This document shows, one piece after another, positions 61,722-64,000 of a DNA stretch of 64,000 bases. The position numbers and the translations under genes are program-made. Numbering within the stretch: position 1 is the stretch's first letter; each line of letters opens with the position of its first letter. The notes below the pieces were generated by a model. The model was given only the letters and a program-made list of their open reading frames with translations. It ran no database searches and was not told the origin of the DNA. Origin of the DNA: Histomonas meleagridis 2922-C6/04-290x (lineage: Eukaryota > Protista > Parabasalia); NCBI GenBank assembly GCA_020184695.1, contig JAANOX010000037.1, positions 336,267-400,266 of the forward strand, read 5' to 3'.

Positions 61722-63659
61722 ATGTTTAGTATTGAGAATGCTACGAAAGGTATAAAAACTAATGTTATTGCTGCTCCTGAAATTATTGACCAAGATGACT
61801 TACAAAAAGTTTTAGAAAATTATTCTACAAATGATCAAATAACAGAAAAACTTAATACTATAACTTCGATTACAATCCCACAATTATATTATAATAAATC
61901 GCAATCAGATGAAAAATATTCTACAAAAAGTCATACTCATAATACAATAAATAATGATCTAACAGTAAATGGGAATGTACAAGTTACTTCATTAAATGGT
62001 TTTCAATTATCAACAGCAAAAGGTGGTAAATGGGATACAAAATTATATGTTCCAGCTATTATCACATTAAAAGAAGATGGTGTTGTAGAAGTTGGACAAT
62101 ATATTGATATGCATTATAATGCAGATTACGATACAGATAATACATGGAGAATAACTGCTAATACTAATTCATTAGATTTTAAATCAAAAACTGGAACATT
62201 ATTAAGTTTTGGTAGTAATGGCAATATTCAATGTGCATCTATAAATAATGTAGATACATCTGAAATATCTTTAAATGATCATAATCATGATGAGATTTAT
62301 GCTAAAAAAGATCATGAACATGTAAACTATGCTTCATCAGATCATACTCATAGTTATACTGATTTAAATGATAAATCACAGTCATTTCCACCTTCAGATC
62401 ATACTCATAGTTATAATGATTTAACTGATAAACCTGAAACATTTCCACCTTCAGAACATACCCATAGTTATAATGATTTAACTGATAAACCTGAAAAATT
62501 TCACCCTCAGAACATACACATGAAGAGTATGCTTCAAAAAGATCATAATCATGATACAAAAATATGCTGCAAACAAATCATACACATAGTTATAATGATT
62601 TAACAGATATTCCTACAGGTTCAAATACAGAAGATATTCATTGTTCAACAATTAATGGTTTTGCTCTAAATTCGGGACCTTCAGCTTCAAATTTAGATAT
62701 TAGTGTTCCTTCAATTGCAGTTATTAAAAACGATGGTGTTTTAGAAACAGGTCCTTACATAGATATGCATACTAGTGATGGATATGAAAATGATTATAGT
62801 TGGAGAATACAATGTATTGAAGATGATATAGCATTTAAACCAAAACAAGGAAATGGTTTTCATTACTCCTCATCTTTTGATGCAATAGGTTGTAATATAA
62901 TAGTTTGTAGTGAAATTATGTACTCTGTAAAAACTAATGGCATTGTTAATACAGGAAATATAAAATCCGATACTGGACAATTCACTAGTTTAGAATCTAC
63001 TAAATTAACTTTATTTCACAGTATAATTGAAGAATCAGGTAATACATATCAATTATTATGGAGAATTTATGGATGTACACCTACTGCAGATAAAAAATAT
63101 GGAAGATTATATTTTGAATCTGTAACACAAAAGAAACAAAATGATGGTACCTTTTCTGATACATATAGTAAAATATATTATATTGCAACTACATTTAATA
63201 CATTCGAAGGAACTGGAGGTCTTGCACAAATAAATACAACTATTATTCATAATGCTCCTGTTTCAGAAGACTTAACACAATTATCAAATTGGTTCACCTG
63301 TATTTTTAACAGGTAATGTTTATGCTATAACTAATGAAGGTAAATATGTTACAAATACTTCATCAACTGATTGTATTCCATCAGTTAAAACAACAGGTAC
63401 ATATAAAAAATATTTAGGTATTTGTGTAGCTAAACATGAAAATGGTTATAAAGCTTCAATAGGTGATGTTATTAGAAGAGAAGTAAAAATTTTACAAGAT
63501 ACTATTGATTTTGCTACACATGGAGATTTTTATTTTAGAGTAAATAATACTGCAGATTATGAAATTGGTGATGTAGTATTATTTGATGGTAATAAATCAT
63601 CAGATGATTTAGTAATAACTACTAAATATAGATGTGAGCTTAGAAAGAACAACAGATGA
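61722..63659 (+). pseudogene. Frameshifted phage-tail-fibre-like gene (about 645 codons when restored; possibly intact if the indels are assembly errors)
   Basis: ORFs 61722-62603, 62564-63316 and an unlisted frame (about 63287-63659, IGSPVFLTGNVY...TDCIPSVK...DFATHGDFYFRV...EIGDVVLFDG) join after removing one -1 and four +1 indels. Confidence 0.75.
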
Positions 63660-63924
63660 TCAATTTAAATATAAACGATTTGACGATTATAAGCAATTTG
63701 AATATAATTTTATCAAACTTTTTATCAAAACTGAAAAAATTACACTCATTAATGGAAAAATTGGAAGAAAAACAATTCCAGAGCATTACGAATATTATAT
63801 CAGAACGATTATCAAAAAATTGAATGAGATGTTTGCACGCAAAGTTTTTGAAGCTAAAAAAAAGCCTCTCAAATTTAATAAATATTGTGAAGAATTAAGG
63901 AATTATAATATTTATGAATTCTAA
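63634..63924 (+). CDS. Hypothetical ORF (GTG start), basic/aromatic, unknown
   Basis: 96-codon open frame overlapping the fibre stop; no motif recognised. Confidence 0.2.
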   Translation: MSLERTTDDQFKYKRFDDYKQFEYNFIKLFIKTEKITLINGKIGRKTIPEHYEYYIRTIIKKLNEMFARKVFEAKKKPLKFNKYCEELRNYNIYEF

Positions 63925-64000
63925 GAATTCACCTTATATTAACACAGGTTTTCAAATCTCGTTCGAAAAACAAATATTTACTTTGAGTAACTATTGACTT

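Larger units (their letters stand above)
60880..64000 (+). mobile_element. Putative end of an endogenous Polinton/Maverick-like viral element (left boundary approximate; runs off the window or is interrupted near 63630)
   Basis: Abrupt GC-rich inverted-repeat cluster followed by tightly packed co-oriented genes with very A/T-rich third positions, encoding penton-like and fibre-like proteins. No polymerase, integrase or major capsid gene lies in the window. Confidence 0.55.

Noticed and set aside
1-64000. tRNA, rRNA and spliceosomal snRNA genes; alternative genetic code
   Set aside because: No cloverleaf or T-loop signatures, rRNA blocks or U1/U2/U5/U6 motifs were seen by eye. Conserved genes translate fully in the standard code, so in-frame stops mark pseudogenes rather than recoding.

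Overview
AT-rich, gene-dense eukaryotic DNA with essentially intronless genes in the standard genetic code. Inr-like TCAY(T/A) motifs sit just upstream of ATGs and CCTTT (M5-like) motifs precede the ribosomal protein genes. BspA, Myb, Rab and DUF3447-ankyrin families are present. Together this points to a parabasalid/trichomonad protist (Tritrichomonas/Trichomonas-like; inferred, not verified). Bases 1-60.7 kb hold about 30 host genes (PPP phosphatase, two Rabs, CDT2, FEN1, nitroreductase, RPS13, DPM1, Myb, NAA40, BspA, VPS11, RPLP1, SAPS-like, FKBP-TPR, DYNC2LI1, RPS21, CARMIL-like, macrodomain, Sec7-PH, BRWD/PHIP-like). They also hold several pseudogenes, a complete but decayed mariner element with an unusual DD31D spacing, a ~2.25 kb array of 19-bp satellite and a 135-bp tandem duplication that may encode H/ACA-like RNAs. 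The most unusual part is the last ~3.1 kb. It opens with a perfect 37-bp GC-rich hairpin and a cluster of further inverted repeats. These are followed by a small penton-like ORF and a frameshifted ~645-codon gene carrying bacteriophage tail-fibre hallmarks (nine His-x-His motifs, two YIDMH-type modules and a putative C-terminal chaperone domain). I read this as one end of an endogenous Polinton/Maverick-like virus with a phage-type fibre. The other end and the hallmark genes (polymerase, integrase, major capsid) lie outside the window, so this call is an inference.
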